Shown piece after piece: positions 39,434 to 50,590 of a stretch of 64,000 bases of DNA. The stretch is from Candidatus Poribacteria bacterium (lineage in GTDB: Bacteria; Poribacteria; WGA-4E; WGA-3G): positions 512,001 through 576,000 of the forward strand of contig CAXXUA010000005.1 of assembly GCA_963663765.2 (NCBI GenBank), written 5' to 3'. A program made the translations under genes and the position numbers. The notes below the pieces were generated by a model, which had not been told where the DNA came from, ran no database searches, and saw only the letters and a list, made by a program, of their open reading frames with translations. Every line of letters starts with the position of its first letter. The stretch's first letter is position 1.

Positions 39434-40600
39434 TTACTTGTCAACATTGAGATTCCACAAAAGCACTTTACCGTCCCATCCCGCACTTGCCAACATTGTT
39501 CCATTCGGACAGAATGCTACGCTATTGACACCATTCGTATGCCCAGTAAGTGTTTGTTTATGTTCATCTGTTTTAGTATCCCACAAACGGATAATACCGT
39601 CTAAATCCGCACTTGCAAGTATCTGCCCAATTGGACTGAAGACTATATCATAGACAGTATTATCATGTCCGTTAAGTGATCGTTTATGTTCAACTTTTTT
39701 TGGATTCCATAGTTGAATAGTTTTATCGGTTCCACCAACCGCCAACATTTTATTATCCGGACTGAAAGCAATTCTATAAGCGAATCTCTGTTTTGTGTCG
39801 ATTTTCTGTTTATATATACCTGACTTATTATTGCACAAAAAGATGTTGTGACCTCCGCTAATCGCAAGTATTTTGCCATTAGAACTGAATGTCAAGTCAA
39901 ACACAGAAAACGGGATTCTGAACCTACAAAGATCTGCTGATAGTTTACCAAATCCGAAAATACTATTCCGCAAACGGGACGGTATACTCCGGTAAGGTTC
40001 ACATTCTGTAATACTCCGTTTATGTTTACCCGTCTTAGCATCCCACAGATCGATAATGTAGAACCCATAGATATTTCTGAGTTCACTCAAACTGGCGAGT
40101 GTCTTTCCATTAGGATTGAACACAATACTTTTAACATAAAGTTCTCTTTTGTAAGTTTTTTTCTGTTTTTCCCATGTTGGTGTTGTGAGGGTTTTTTGTT
40201 TTTCCCAAGTTAATGTATTCCACAACTGGATATTCTGTCCATTTGCATAAGCAAACGTCTTGCCATCAGGACTAAACGCTACACTACCAATGTTTTTATC
40301 TTTTGTTGTGAGAGTGAATGGTTCTTGATAGGTTTGCGTTTCATAGCGCAGAATACCCATACGACCTGCCACTATCAGATAATTGCCATCCGGAGAATAT
40401 ACTACATTCAGTCCCACATTTTCAAGTGGACGGTATTCTCTGTAAGGCTCATGTACATTTAAAGTTCTGTAAAATGCAGCCTTTGATATGTTGTTAGTTG
40501 TTGTATCGTCTTTAGACTTAATCGCACAAGCGGCACAGACTAATATCGGTAATAGGATACAGGTGAGTATCCATTTGTAATTCAGAATGTAACGCACCAT
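39434..40600 (-). CDS. WD40-repeat protein, probably a lipoprotein
   Basis: Signal peptide with Cys; about 7 WD40 repeats. Confidence 0.88.
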   Translation of the reverse strand: MVRYILNYKWILTCILLPILVCAACAIKSKDDTTTNNISKAAFYRTLNVHEPYREYRPLENVGLNVVYSPDGNYLIVAGRMGILRYETQTYQEPFTLTTKDKNIGSVAFSPDGKTFAYANGQNIQLWNTLTWEKQKTLTTPTWEKQKKTYKRELYVKSIVFNPNGKTLASLSELRNIYGFYIIDLWDAKTGKHKRSITECEPYRSIPSRLRNSIFGFGKLSADLCRFRIPFSVFDLTFSSNGKILAISGGHNIFLCNNKSGIYKQKIDTKQRFAYRIAFSPDNKMLAVGGTDKTIQLWNPKKVEHKRSLNGHDNTVYDIVFSPIGQILASADLDGIIRLWDTKTDEHKQTLTGHTNGVNSVAFCPNGTMLASAGWDGKVLLWNLNVDK

Positions 40601-40845
40601 CTTTAGTCTCCTTGTGTGAATATGGGAGAGTTAATGTGAAGGAATTCACATTGAAGTGTCTTCTATTGATGACTATTGCTGAGATGTCTAATCTGTCTTT
40701 TCAAGATTGACTCTTGGTTTTTTCTTTGTATAGTATACCATGAAATGTTGGAATATTCAGAATTAAAATATGCTATTGAATACAACATATTCTTATACAA
40801 ATAATAGTTGGAATATGGTTTTTTCTACACGAAATGAATACGTTT

Positions 40846-42306
40846 TTATAGGCAAGGTATTGCCCTTTGAATCCGCTTCAAAACTTCGTCTTTACCGAGC
40901 AGCACGACAATATCAAAGAGACTCGGTCCGAACGATGTCCCCGTTAGTGCGATACGCAACGCCTGCATGGCTGCAACGCGTTTGATGTCGTTTTCGTCTG
41001 TGTATTTCCAAATAGCAGATTCAACGGTTTCAAGGTCAAATCCAGGGATTTTTTCTAAAACCTGTCCCAGATTTGTGAGGATCTCACAAGTTTTTTGCTT
41101 TTTCTCGTCCGAACTGCCCCACCATTTCTTGACTGCCTTTGAGTCATACTCAAAACCATCGGTAAAGAAATAACGAGTCTGAGGGATGATGTCTTGGAAT
41201 GTCGTTAGCCGTTCCCCGACTGCATTGACAATACGCTCCAACCAGTCACGTTCTTCCGTTGAATCCAATAAACCCTCTTCCTGCCAGAAAGGAATTACCG
41301 CATCTGTCCGTGTAGTTATATCAAGTTGATTAATATAATGGGAATTGAGCCACTCCAGTTTCTTAATATCAAACACGCTCCCGCTTTTTCCGACACGGGC
41401 AAGGTCAAACTTTTCTATCAGTTCATCAACAGAGAAAATTTCCTGTTTGTCGTCGTAGGACCAACCGAGTCTTGCAACGAAGTTTAGCATCGCTTCGGGG
41501 AGATAGCCTTGCTCACGGTAGCGGTTGACAGCGACAAGGTCACCGTGATGACGTTTGCTGAGTTTCCTACCAGAGTCGTCAAGCACTAATGGTATGTGTG
41601 CGAATTGGGGAAGTTTTAGATCCAGTGCGTTGGCAATAGCAATCTGTTTTGGTGTGTTGTTGAGGTGTTCAGTCCCACGGATGACATGGGTTATCTGCAT
41701 CTCTGCATCGTCAACAATAGAGGTAAGGTTGTAGTTCGGCATGCCGTTTGAACGGACAATCACCTCGTCCTCAAGGGTAGCGGAATCAATATTGCGTGAA
41801 CCAAGGATTAGATCGTCAACACGGATCGGTGTATCAGGCATCTTTATACGAACGGTGGGTTTTCTGCCTGCTGCCGTATAACGTTCAATGACTTCTGATG
41901 ATATGTGTCTGCATCTTCCATCGTAGGATCGTGTAGATTTTGCCTTACGAGATTCGGTGCGTATCTCTTCAATTTCTTTTTGTGTGCAGTAGCAGTGGTA
42001 GGCATTACCACTATCAAGTAATTGCGAGACGTACTTGTCATAGATATTTCTTCGTTCCGACTGGACATACTTCTCATCCCAATTGATACCTAACCACTTC
42101 AGGGCATCAAAAATCTCTTGCATAGACTCATCAGTGGAACGCGCCGTGTCGGTATCATCAATACGGAGGATGAATTCACCGTTGTTGTGTTTAGCAAACA
42201 GCCAGTTGAAAAGTGCTGTCCTCGCGCCACCGATATGTAAGAAACCGGTTGGTGAGGGTGCCATCCGTACCCTGATGTTGTCATATTCTGTTTTTATTTC
42301 GGTCAT
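40846..42306 (-). CDS. gltX: Glutamate--tRNA ligase
   Basis: [14 protein letters not shown] and KLSKR motifs; ATGA overlap with glnS. Confidence 0.97.
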   Translation of the reverse strand: MTEIKTEYDNIRVRMAPSPTGFLHIGGARTALFNWLFAKHNNGEFILRIDDTDTARSTDESMQEIFDALKWLGINWDEKYVQSERRNIYDKYVSQLLDSGNAYHCYCTQKEIEEIRTESRKAKSTRSYDGRCRHISSEVIERYTAAGRKPTVRIKMPDTPIRVDDLILGSRNIDSATLEDEVIVRSNGMPNYNLTSIVDDAEMQITHVIRGTEHLNNTPKQIAIANALDLKLPQFAHIPLVLDDSGRKLSKRHHGDLVAVNRYREQGYLPEAMLNFVARLGWSYDDKQEIFSVDELIEKFDLARVGKSGSVFDIKKLEWLNSHYINQLDITTRTDAVIPFWQEEGLLDSTEERDWLERIVNAVGERLTTFQDIIPQTRYFFTDGFEYDSKAVKKWWGSSDEKKQKTCEILTNLGQVLEKIPGFDLETVESAIWKYTDENDIKRVAAMQALRIALTGTSFGPSLFDIVVLLGKDEVLKRIQRAIPCL

Positions 42307-44027
42307 TTCTGTCCTTTCTGTATTTTTGCCCAAGAATCTCGCAGCGGTACAGTACGGTTAAATACCAATTTTTCTGATGTTGTATCCGGGTCAATGCAAA
42401 AATATCCTATCCGTAGGAACTGATATCGGCTTTCAGGCGGTGCGTCAACAAGACTCGGTTCGACTTTACAGTTATTTAACACTTCCAGCGAGTCTGGATT
42501 GAGAAATTGAATCCAGTCAGTACCTTCCGCTGCGTTTTCCGGTTCGCGTTCTGTAAAGAGTGAGTCGTATAAACGCACCTCAGCATCAACAGCATGGTCA
42601 GCAGCAACCCAGTGCAATGTGCCTTGTACTCTACGTCCATCATCAGACCAACCCCCTCGTGTTTCTGGATCGTAAGTGCAGTGTATCTCAATGACTTCAC
42701 CGGTGTCATCTTTAACAACATTATTGCAGGTGATATAATATGCATGCTTAAGTCTAACTTCCCGTCCGGGGGCAAGTCTATAGAACTTACGCGGCGGATC
42801 TTCCATAAAATCTTCACGTTCAATGTAGATTTCTCGTGAGAAGGGAATTTCTCTTGTTCCTGCATTTTCATCTTCTGGATTATTATCCGCATCCAGCATT
42901 TCGACTTGTCCTTCAGGATAGTTGTCAATAACAACCTTGACCGGATTGAGAACAGCCATGACACGAGGTGCGCGTTTGTTCAGGTCGGCGCGGATAGAGT
43001 ATTCAAGTTGTCCTACCTCAATAAGGTTGTCGGCTTTTGAAACACCGATGCGGTTGCAAAAATCGCGAATAGCTTCAGGAGTATAACCACGACGCCGCAA
43101 ACCCGATAGCGTCGGTAATCTTGGATCGTCCCATCCGTTGACATGCCTTTCTTCAATGAGAATTTTGAGTTTCCGTTTACCGAGTACGGTATATGTAAGG
43201 TTCAAGCGAGCAAATTCTATCTGCCGAGGTTGGTAGATTTCCAGCGATTCCAAAAACCAATCGTAAAGCGGACGATGATCTTCAAACTGTACATCACATA
43301 AGGAGTGTGTAATGTCTTCAATAGAATCGGATTGTCCATGAGTAAAGTCGTAAGTGGGATAGATGCACCAATTCGTTCCATGCCGATAATGCGTTGCACG
43401 CAAGACGCGATACATCACTGGATCACGCATGTTTAAATTTGGACTTGTCATGTCTATTTTGGCACGAAGGGTACGGGAACCATCAGGAAACTCTCCATTA
43501 CGCATCCCATGAAACAGAACTATATTCTCCTCAACAGAACGGTTGCGATAGGGACTATCTTTGCCTGGTGTCACTAATGTGCCGCGATAAGTTCGCATCT
43601 CGTCTAACGTCAGATCACAGACATAAGCTTTCCCCCTTTCTATCAGTTTTATGGCATATTCATAGAGTGTCTCAAAATAGTCGGAGGCATAAAACTCACG
43701 ATCTTCCCAATCAAATCCGAGCCAATGGACATCGCGTTTGATCGCTTCTACATATTCATGCTCTTCGGTAATAGGATTGCTGTCGTCAAAGCGAAGATTG
43801 TAAAGTCCGTTATAATCTTCGGCGATACCATAACTTATACAAATTGCTTTGGCGTGTCCGATGTGGAGGTATCCACTCGGTTCGGGAGGAAACCTTGTAT
43901 GTACTCTACCCCCAAATCTATCTGAGGCAAGGTCTGCTTCAATTTCTTGTCTAATGAAATTCGTGTCAGATGTGTTGTTTGACTCTTCTTGTGTTCTTTT
44001 TTTTGAGTTGGAATTTGGACGATTCAT
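42303..44027 (-). CDS. glnS: Glutamine--tRNA ligase
   Basis: [24 protein letters not shown] and [11 protein letters not shown] motifs. Confidence 0.97.
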   Translation of the reverse strand: MNRPNSNSKKRTQEESNNTSDTNFIRQEIEADLASDRFGGRVHTRFPPEPSGYLHIGHAKAICISYGIAEDYNGLYNLRFDDSNPITEEHEYVEAIKRDVHWLGFDWEDREFYASDYFETLYEYAIKLIERGKAYVCDLTLDEMRTYRGTLVTPGKDSPYRNRSVEENIVLFHGMRNGEFPDGSRTLRAKIDMTSPNLNMRDPVMYRVLRATHYRHGTNWCIYPTYDFTHGQSDSIEDITHSLCDVQFEDHRPLYDWFLESLEIYQPRQIEFARLNLTYTVLGKRKLKILIEERHVNGWDDPRLPTLSGLRRRGYTPEAIRDFCNRIGVSKADNLIEVGQLEYSIRADLNKRAPRVMAVLNPVKVVIDNYPEGQVEMLDADNNPEDENAGTREIPFSREIYIEREDFMEDPPRKFYRLAPGREVRLKHAYYITCNNVVKDDTGEVIEIHCTYDPETRGGWSDDGRRVQGTLHWVAADHAVDAEVRLYDSLFTEREPENAAEGTDWIQFLNPDSLEVLNNCKVEPSLVDAPPESRYQFLRIGYFCIDPDTTSEKLVFNRTVPLRDSWAKIQKGQK

Positions 44028-44198
44028 GAATACCTCCTTGGGAATAATAAATTATACTTTCAAAATGTGTTAAAGTCAAAACAATTGGAATAGCTGCAAG
44101 TGTTTACGTTTTAAGTCTACCAAAAAATGTAACTTCTTTTTAAGGTTGACGTTAAAAACAGATAGGGGAGATAACCTTTACTCTTAGGGGGTATCAAA

Positions 44199-44408
44199 AT
44201 GAGGAAAGAAACTAAACAATATAATGCAGAGCATCAGCCTTCAGACGATAGAAAAATGGGTTATTATGAATTAGCAGTGTATTTAGCAGCTACAAAAGCT
44301 CAAGAGGAAGAATTTCGCTGGGAAAACTTTATTGATAACCTGTCTTATATATGCGACAAATATGCGTCTCATATTCAGTCAAACAACTCCTCCCACTTAG
44401 GGTTATAA
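44199..44408 (+). CDS. Small hypothetical protein
   Basis: AGGGGG before the ATG, 69 aa, downstream hairpin at about 44445-44479. Confidence 0.4.
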   Translation: MRKETKQYNAEHQPSDDRKMGYYELAVYLAATKAQEEEFRWENFIDNLSYICDKYASHIQSNNSSHLGL

Positions 44409-44562
44409 TTACATAGCGATAATATAAGTGTCTCAAGTCCTACTTTAAAGGGTAGTGTTTTCCAGAACCTACCCTTTAATTTTCGCAATAAGTAGTTTTG
44501 GGATAATGTAAAAAAATGACACCTTTTGACATCATTTCAACATTTATTAATTTTTTTAATAA

Positions 44563-44854
44563 TCAGGAGCGAGTTACAAAGTCTGCAATTTTCATACCCG
44601 TAAATTGATTAAACCCCTTCCCTTTAAACGACTTAATACTTGCTTTAAAATTTTAACCTCTTGTTGTTACGAATAAACACATCAGATTTTTTTCCAAACT
44701 GGCATTCACGTATCACGAATTCTATTTCTTGGTTTTTCGGAACAAATTCTGAAAATGCCTCAGCAATTTTTTTCATATTTTGTGGGTTTTTGGCTATCAC
44801 GCGACCCAATAAGTTCTCATAATAAGTCCCTTGAACTGCATTTTGGTTTGTCAT
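44563..44854 (-). pseudogene. Frameshifted, truncated type II restriction endonuclease remnant
   Basis: KSDVFI, then a frameshift, then KASIKSFKGKGFNQ; resembles a PD-(D/E)xK core; directly downstream of the methylase. Confidence 0.55.
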
Positions 44855-44865
44855 TCACTCCCCTA

Positions 44866-45696
44866 TTAATATTTAAAAGCAATCATTTCCTTGCTTTTAT
44901 TTTGAGTAATATATTGCAACGATCTCATTAGAGTAATGGAGCGAACTGTGTAGGATTCAGGAAGGTCAAATATTTCAGGGTGATTCTGTTCGGATAAGAT
45001 AACTTTATTTTTTAATTCAATAGTTCTTAAAAACTGATTGAACTCACCTAAATTGAGAACACCATTATAATGTCCATTGGTATTATTGAAATAGGGTGGG
45101 TCAAGATATAAAAAAGAGTTATCAAGACAAGTAAAATCTTTATAATCCTTGTTCATGATGGTTAAGTCTTGAATGGTTTCACTTAAACTCAACAATGATT
45201 GAAGATTTACTTTCGGACATGAACTGCCTTTTCTGATAGGCGAATTGAATTTGTTGCTTGAATTAAATCTGATCTTCCCTGAAAATGCGTTCTTCGCAAG
45301 ATAAAGGAAGTTCGCCGCTCCCTCTACACCGTTTTCTAAACATAGATTCCTGACGTGGTAATAATATTCGGTAGAAGAATTTTTATAATGATCATTATAC
45401 AAATCCCATAACCTGTTTGGAGATGTCTGAACATACTGTATCAGGTTGACAACAATCGGGTTATTGTCGTTATAGGTAACGCGATGAGATCCGAACCGAT
45501 TGCACGCATAAAAAGAAAATGCCCCTCCACCTCCAAAAATATCATAAATACGACATGTAAGGTTATCAGGTATTATTTTATCAAAAATATCACTGAATCC
45601 TGCTTTGCATCCAATGTAGGGAATTATTTTTAGATCCGTGCGCTTGTTTTTTACAAAATACTCCGATTGCTGTATGCTTGCCCAGTCTTTATTCAT
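44866..45696 (-). CDS. DNA adenine methyltransferase (Dam/D12 class)
   Basis: IPYIGCK, DIFGGGGA, RFNSSNKFNSP and LDPPY motifs. Confidence 0.92.
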   Translation of the reverse strand: MNKDWASIQQSEYFVKNKRTDLKIIPYIGCKAGFSDIFDKIIPDNLTCRIYDIFGGGGAFSFYACNRFGSHRVTYNDNNPIVVNLIQYVQTSPNRLWDLYNDHYKNSSTEYYYHVRNLCLENGVEGAANFLYLAKNAFSGKIRFNSSNKFNSPIRKGSSCPKVNLQSLLSLSETIQDLTIMNKDYKDFTCLDNSFLYLDPPYFNNTNGHYNGVLNLGEFNQFLRTIELKNKVILSEQNHPEIFDLPESYTVRSITLMRSLQYITQNKSKEMIAFKY

Positions 45697-45878
45697 TCAT
45701 TATTTTTCTTGCTGTGGACATTTGAACTTATCATACACACTTCCTAAAAACTTCCAAAAGATGTTGACATAACGATATAGGTTTCGTCCACTTCTATGAT
45801 ACCATGTAGTAATCCCTCTCTTTTTGACAATTTCTGCTCGGGAACGTGTCATTATATAAATACCTTCGCCAATAATAG

Positions 45879-46057
45879 ACATTCTTCCAGATTGTGCGGG
45901 TAGTTGTAGCACATTCTTCCAGATTGTGCGGGTAGTTGTAGCACATTCTTCCAGATTGTGCGGGTAGTTGTAGCACATTCTTCCAGATTGTGCGGGTAGT
46001 TGTAGCACATTCTTCCAGATTGTGCGGGTAGTTGTAGCACATTCTTCCAGATTGTGC
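45879..46057. repeat. Perfect 32-bp tandem repeat, 5.6 copies
   Basis: ACATTCTTCCAGATTGTGCGGGTAGTTGTAGC repeated without spacers. Confidence 0.97.
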
Positions 46058-46122
46058 ATATAAATTATTCTGTCAGATTGCTGATATAGTCATTTCTATT
46101 GTCAAATTAGAGGCTATGATAA

Positions 46123-46482
46123 CAGGGTTATTCAGTTTTCAATATTTTTGATAATATTTTGCTATGTCGTTAATTTTATGTGTTGCCATCTTGTCCATGT
46201 CTTTAGTCCCGTAGGGACGATATGTTTATAGAAACATGTTATCTATCCCTCTTGAGTTCCGTAGGAACGAAATAGAAAAATAAACATATCGTCCCTACGG
46301 GACTAAAGAACTGGGGAGGGTATTCGTTTTCTATAAACATATCGTCCCTACGGGACTAAAGAGCGATATTCATTTTTCAATAATCTAAAACTGATGCAGA
46401 AAGTTCGGTTAGGAAACCAAACCTGGGTATTAACTTTCAGTAAATCTCAATAACAGAAAACTCTTAAAACTAAATAACCCTG
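46123..46482. mobile_element. MITE, 360 bp, with 9-bp target-site duplication
   Basis: TIR CAGGGTTATTCAGTTTT / AAAACTAAATAACCCTG; CTATGATAA on both sides; four internal CCCGTAGGGACGA-type units. Confidence 0.9.
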
Positions 46483-46756
46483 CTATGATAAAAAAATACT
46501 TAAACGAAAACCTGAAGTTATTTTTATTTATATAATCCTAACAATATCACAGAGCAATGGTAGATCAACACTATATACTCATTCAACTGAAGCACTCAAA
46601 AATGGCGAAGGTATTGATTATATACCATGCCGTTTTTTTGATTCAAGTCTAAATCGCACGTCACAGAGTTATTCAGTTTTAAGAATCTATCGTTATGCCA
46701 GTTAACTTTGGGTTAAAATTAGAGATATATAGGGATTTTTGTGGTATTCTTGTTTA

Positions 46757-46939
46757 TTGTCTGAACAAGGATTTTCTGGATTTATCTCATCAAGGGTTTT
46801 TGATATGCGTTTATGCTCTCTTTTGGAATAGGATTGGATGAGAAAAATCTTGATAATCTACTAATCCCGAGGAATGCCTAAATGGCATTCATACCGTTGA
46901 TTTCTTGATTTCTTGATTTGAAAATCCTGGTTCAGACAA
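46757..46939. repeat. Inverted-repeat element TTGTCTGAACAAGGATTTT...AAAATCCTGGTTCAGACAA with nested hairpin unit
   Basis: The left end also occurs at about 28733; GAATGCC-TAAAT-GGCATTC insert at about 46870. Confidence 0.7.
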
Positions 46940-46982
46940 AGAATGAGTTAACTACACAAAAATAAACTAACTCAAGGATTAA

Positions 46983-48224
46983 CTAAACGACTTCGCTCAG
47001 TTTCGGATGACTCTTGAAGATATTTATTAAGTTCATTACTAACTTTTCAGGATCGTGACGAATAACGTTCATTTGAGTGCCACCCAACCAAGTGCCAATC
47101 TCCGTAACCACCATGTCTCTGATTAAATCTGCTTCAACAACGGTAATGCCTTCATCTTCAAGTCTTTCCTGCTCGCGGTTATAGGAAACCTGAACTTTTG
47201 ATGCGTCAGCAACTTGCATAGTTTCAGCAGAGAGTGTTGAAATATCTTTCGCAAGGTCAAGTACTTCCATCAGATGTTCGGTATTTTCAGCAAGCTTCGA
47301 AAGCCCCTCATCAGATAGAGACCGAATCCGAGTAAGTTGTGAAACCAATTCATTCCGAACATACCCTTGCATGATCTCTTTCGGTGCAGGTTGATTGTTG
47401 ACTAAGGCGTAATCTATAGGAATCTTAGCGTGATCAAGGATAGCGTTGACATGGTCAGTGACAGCGTAACCATCTGTTTCACCCGGTTGTGTCATCACAT
47501 TGCATACGTAGATTTTCAGGGCATTAGAACGTTGAATGGCTTCAACGATGCCTTTTATCACAAGATTCGGCATGATGCTAGTGTAGAGACTTCCTGGACC
47601 GATGATAATTGCATCCGCATTAATGAGTGCATCCTTTGCTGTTTCATGTGCTTGACATTCATAATCTTCCGAGATGTCATGATTCGTTTTACCGTTTTCA
47701 CGCGGTTCAAAGAAGACACGTCGTATAGGTTCCCTATTCTCGCGTATTGGAATGGTTGATTCACCACGTACTATCTCACCATCTGTAAGTTCTGCACAAA
47801 GCACTGTATAATCTAAGGTGACAGGGATAATTTGTCCGCGTACGGAAAGGAGTCGGGATGCGGCTTGAATCGCTCTCGGGAAGTTGCCTTGTATTTCTGT
47901 CAGTGCAGTTAATAAAAGATTCCCGATCGTATGTCCCCCAAGGTCGCCATTGCTTGAAAATCTATATTCAAAAAGCCGTGCAAGTTCATCAGCATCGGAT
48001 AGTGTATACAAAAGCCTGCGAATATCGCCAGGTGGAAGCACATCAAATTCTTCTACAAGACGTCCAGAACTGCCGCCATCGTCAGAAACAGTAACAATCG
48101 CTGCCAAACTATCCAGATTAATTATTTTCTCGTTATCTGATTCAAGATCGGCATAGTACTTAAGTCCACTAAGGAGTGCGGATAACCCACTACCTCCACC
48201 GATACAGGCAATTTTCAAAGACAT
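46983..48224 (-). CDS. YvcK / UPF0052 UDP-sugar-binding protein
   Basis: IGGGSGLS, DDGGSSG, PPGDIR, GPGSLYTS, TQPGET and RHDP motifs. Confidence 0.92.
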   Translation of the reverse strand: MSLKIACIGGGSGLSALLSGLKYYADLESDNEKIINLDSLAAIVTVSDDGGSSGRLVEEFDVLPPGDIRRLLYTLSDADELARLFEYRFSSNGDLGGHTIGNLLLTALTEIQGNFPRAIQAASRLLSVRGQIIPVTLDYTVLCAELTDGEIVRGESTIPIRENREPIRRVFFEPRENGKTNHDISEDYECQAHETAKDALINADAIIIGPGSLYTSIMPNLVIKGIVEAIQRSNALKIYVCNVMTQPGETDGYAVTDHVNAILDHAKIPIDYALVNNQPAPKEIMQGYVRNELVSQLTRIRSLSDEGLSKLAENTEHLMEVLDLAKDISTLSAETMQVADASKVQVSYNREQERLEDEGITVVEADLIRDMVVTEIGTWLGGTQMNVIRHDPEKLVMNLINIFKSHPKLSEVV

Positions 48225-48355
48225 AATTTCTCCAAACCACAAAGAAACTGATTGTTATTTCTAAAGCAAACCTGACGTAACAAAACAGTAAGTTATAAAA
48301 TGTCCGAATTATCAATGTCAAAAATAAAGGACAAGTTTTGTCATAAATAACGCAA

Positions 48356-49762
48356 TTAGTGTCTTATTTGTTTCATTAACTTATTCAAACTTTCAAGTGT
48401 TTCATCACAAAGTGTCTCGGCTTCTGATGCTGTAGGTGCTTCGCTGAAAACACGAATAACCGGTTCCGTTCCAGATTTACGAATGTTTACCCATCTATCG
48501 TCCCATACACGTTTAATACCATCGGTTAACTCAAGAGATGGTTTTGGTTTGTGTGTTGAACTCGGTTCTTTTTCATAATAACCTAAAGCATTCTCAATGA
48601 GTTGTGTCGCAATCTTTTGCGATGGAATTTCCAGTTTTTTACGACACATTTCATATTTTGGCATCGCATCAACAAGCTCAGTCACTGTGCTATTTGATTC
48701 TGCTATGTATTGAACGATTGCTGCGATAGAAGCGATCCCATCTGTGGTATAGTTAATCGATGGATAAATCACGCCACCAGTGCCTTCACCACCGATAACA
48801 GCGTTGACTTCATTCATCTTTTCAACCACCCAACCTACACCGACTTTTGTGCGATGTAATTTCACACCGTGTTTAGCAGCAATATCATCCATCATACGAC
48901 TTGTTGATACTGTGACGACTATATCTCCAATTGTTTTATTTAAAATGAAATCTGCTACAAAAGCAATGGTCCATTCTCCACTCAGAGGAACACCCTGATC
49001 AGTAACAACAACGACTCTATCCGCATCGCCATCGTGTGCAAAACCGACATCTGCCTCGAAGACACGTACCTCTTCGCAAAGTTCGGCTATAGCATCAGGT
49101 GTCGGTTCTGCGGAACGACGAAAATTACCATCCGGGACACAATTAATTTCAATCGCTTCACAGCCAAATTCCTGCAATAAGTCCGGACTAATTACACCCC
49201 CCGCACCATTACCACAATCAAGCACTACTTTCAATTTAGCATCTTGGACTAAACCGATGTCAAGCCAGGGAGAATTGAAAATCTGTTCAAGGTGATGTGT
49301 CGTTGCATTCTCAAGTTCTTCAAGTGTTCCCTGCTTGTCCCACGGGGCAAGCGCAAAATCTTCCGTTTCAAAAATATGTATTAATTCGTCTCGGTCTGTT
49401 TGTGTCAGAAGTTTACCAGATTCTGTAGCAAATTCTATGCCATTCCACTCAACTGGGTTATGGCTTGCAGTGATAGTGATACTACCTGCTGCGTTCAAAG
49501 ACTTTGCCATCATCAATACAGTAGGAGTAGGACATAAACCTACGTCAATCACGTGGCAACCCGTAGCGAAGAGTCCAGCAATTACTGCATGCCGTATCAT
49601 CGGGCTTGAGGTGCGCGAATCCCGTCCTATTACTACGGTTTTACCTCCAACAAAAGTGCCAAATGCAAGTGAAAACCGAGTAATGGTACTTGCATCCAGT
49701 GAAATGCCAACCTGTCCACGAACACCTGAAACGCTGATGATAGGGTCTTCTGTTTTTGCCAT
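48356..49762 (-). CDS. glmM: Phosphoglucosamine mutase / phosphohexomutase
   Basis: TASHNP, DGDADR, GEGTGG and RKSGTEP motifs; substrate not certain. Confidence 0.8.
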   Translation of the reverse strand: MAKTEDPIISVSGVRGQVGISLDASTITRFSLAFGTFVGGKTVVIGRDSRTSSPMIRHAVIAGLFATGCHVIDVGLCPTPTVLMMAKSLNAAGSITITASHNPVEWNGIEFATESGKLLTQTDRDELIHIFETEDFALAPWDKQGTLEELENATTHHLEQIFNSPWLDIGLVQDAKLKVVLDCGNGAGGVISPDLLQEFGCEAIEINCVPDGNFRRSAEPTPDAIAELCEEVRVFEADVGFAHDGDADRVVVVTDQGVPLSGEWTIAFVADFILNKTIGDIVVTVSTSRMMDDIAAKHGVKLHRTKVGVGWVVEKMNEVNAVIGGEGTGGVIYPSINYTTDGIASIAAIVQYIAESNSTVTELVDAMPKYEMCRKKLEIPSQKIATQLIENALGYYEKEPSSTHKPKPSLELTDGIKRVWDDRWVNIRKSGTEPVIRVFSEAPTASEAETLCDETLESLNKLMKQIRH

Positions 49763-49789
49763 GAATCTCTCTGTATTTGCAGTTACATC

Positions 49790-50560
49790 TTATTGAATTG
49801 ATGTATACTTATTGGATTTAGTCATATACCATGTCCATAAAAAACAACACCCGCCTATAGTAAATTGCCAGAAAGCGTTAAGATACCAAGGGGGATACGT
49901 GAAATCGTAATCCGTAATCGGTGTTTTGTGGTAGAGTAAAGGATTTCTAAAAATATCCAATCCATCAAAAATATTGCACACTGCAATGAGTGGATTGAGA
50001 TTGAGAACTGGTTGAATAATCGGTTGTATGTTGTTAATGTAACGTCCAAAAGGCGTAAGTAAGAACACACTTCCGATTAAGATACCAGATAAGACATAAG
50101 CAAGTTCTGCGCCGAAGATAACGTCCTTTAATAACCTTGCTCCACACATACCAACCGCACCTGTTGATAAACTATAAAATCCCAACACGACCAGCATTTT
50201 CAACGCTTTTCCTATTGACACATCAGTGACAAAAACAGCAAGACATATTGACAAAAACACCCAGCATAGCAGAGGTATCTGACTCATTGCAAGTCGTATC
50301 AAAAGAGATTTTCCAAAAGAGATAGGGGTGAGTGATAGCTGATGCACAGAAGCGACAGACTGTGACATACTACTTGCTGCCAGATAAGGGGCAACCAATA
50401 GCACAACGAATACTTGTGCAAGCGCAAAACATACCGAAGGTGAACCAAGTTTCGCATGTGTCAACAACTGATAGACCAACCATTGCAGCAAACTTGCAAT
50501 CCCTATACAAACAACGATCATCTTCATCTTGTTTTGCTTCGTCTCAATAACGATTTTCAT
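49790..50560 (-). CDS. Integral membrane protein, ABC-2 permease-like
   Basis: About 6 hydrophobic segments; LNP motif near the C-terminus. Confidence 0.6.
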   Translation of the reverse strand: MKIVIETKQNKMKMIVVCIGIASLLQWLVYQLLTHAKLGSPSVCFALAQVFVVLLVAPYLAASSMSQSVASVHQLSLTPISFGKSLLIRLAMSQIPLLCWVFLSICLAVFVTDVSIGKALKMLVVLGFYSLSTGAVGMCGARLLKDVIFGAELAYVLSGILIGSVFLLTPFGRYINNIQPIIQPVLNLNPLIAVCNIFDGLDIFRNPLLYHKTPITDYDFTYPPWYLNAFWQFTIGGCCFLWTWYMTKSNKYTSIQ

Positions 50561-50590
50561 GATTGCTATCCAGAACTTCGGTTACCCGTC

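Noticed and set aside
44520-44575. Possible stranded copy of the yvcK 3' end bounding the Dam island
   Set aside because: Only short AT-rich matches, with no convincing protein-level similarity.
45879-46057. CRISPR array
   Set aside because: The 32-bp units are contiguous with no unique spacers, and no cas genes are in the window.
45700-46059. Repeat-containing ORFs in three frames
   Set aside because: They are artefacts of the stop-poor 32-bp repeat.
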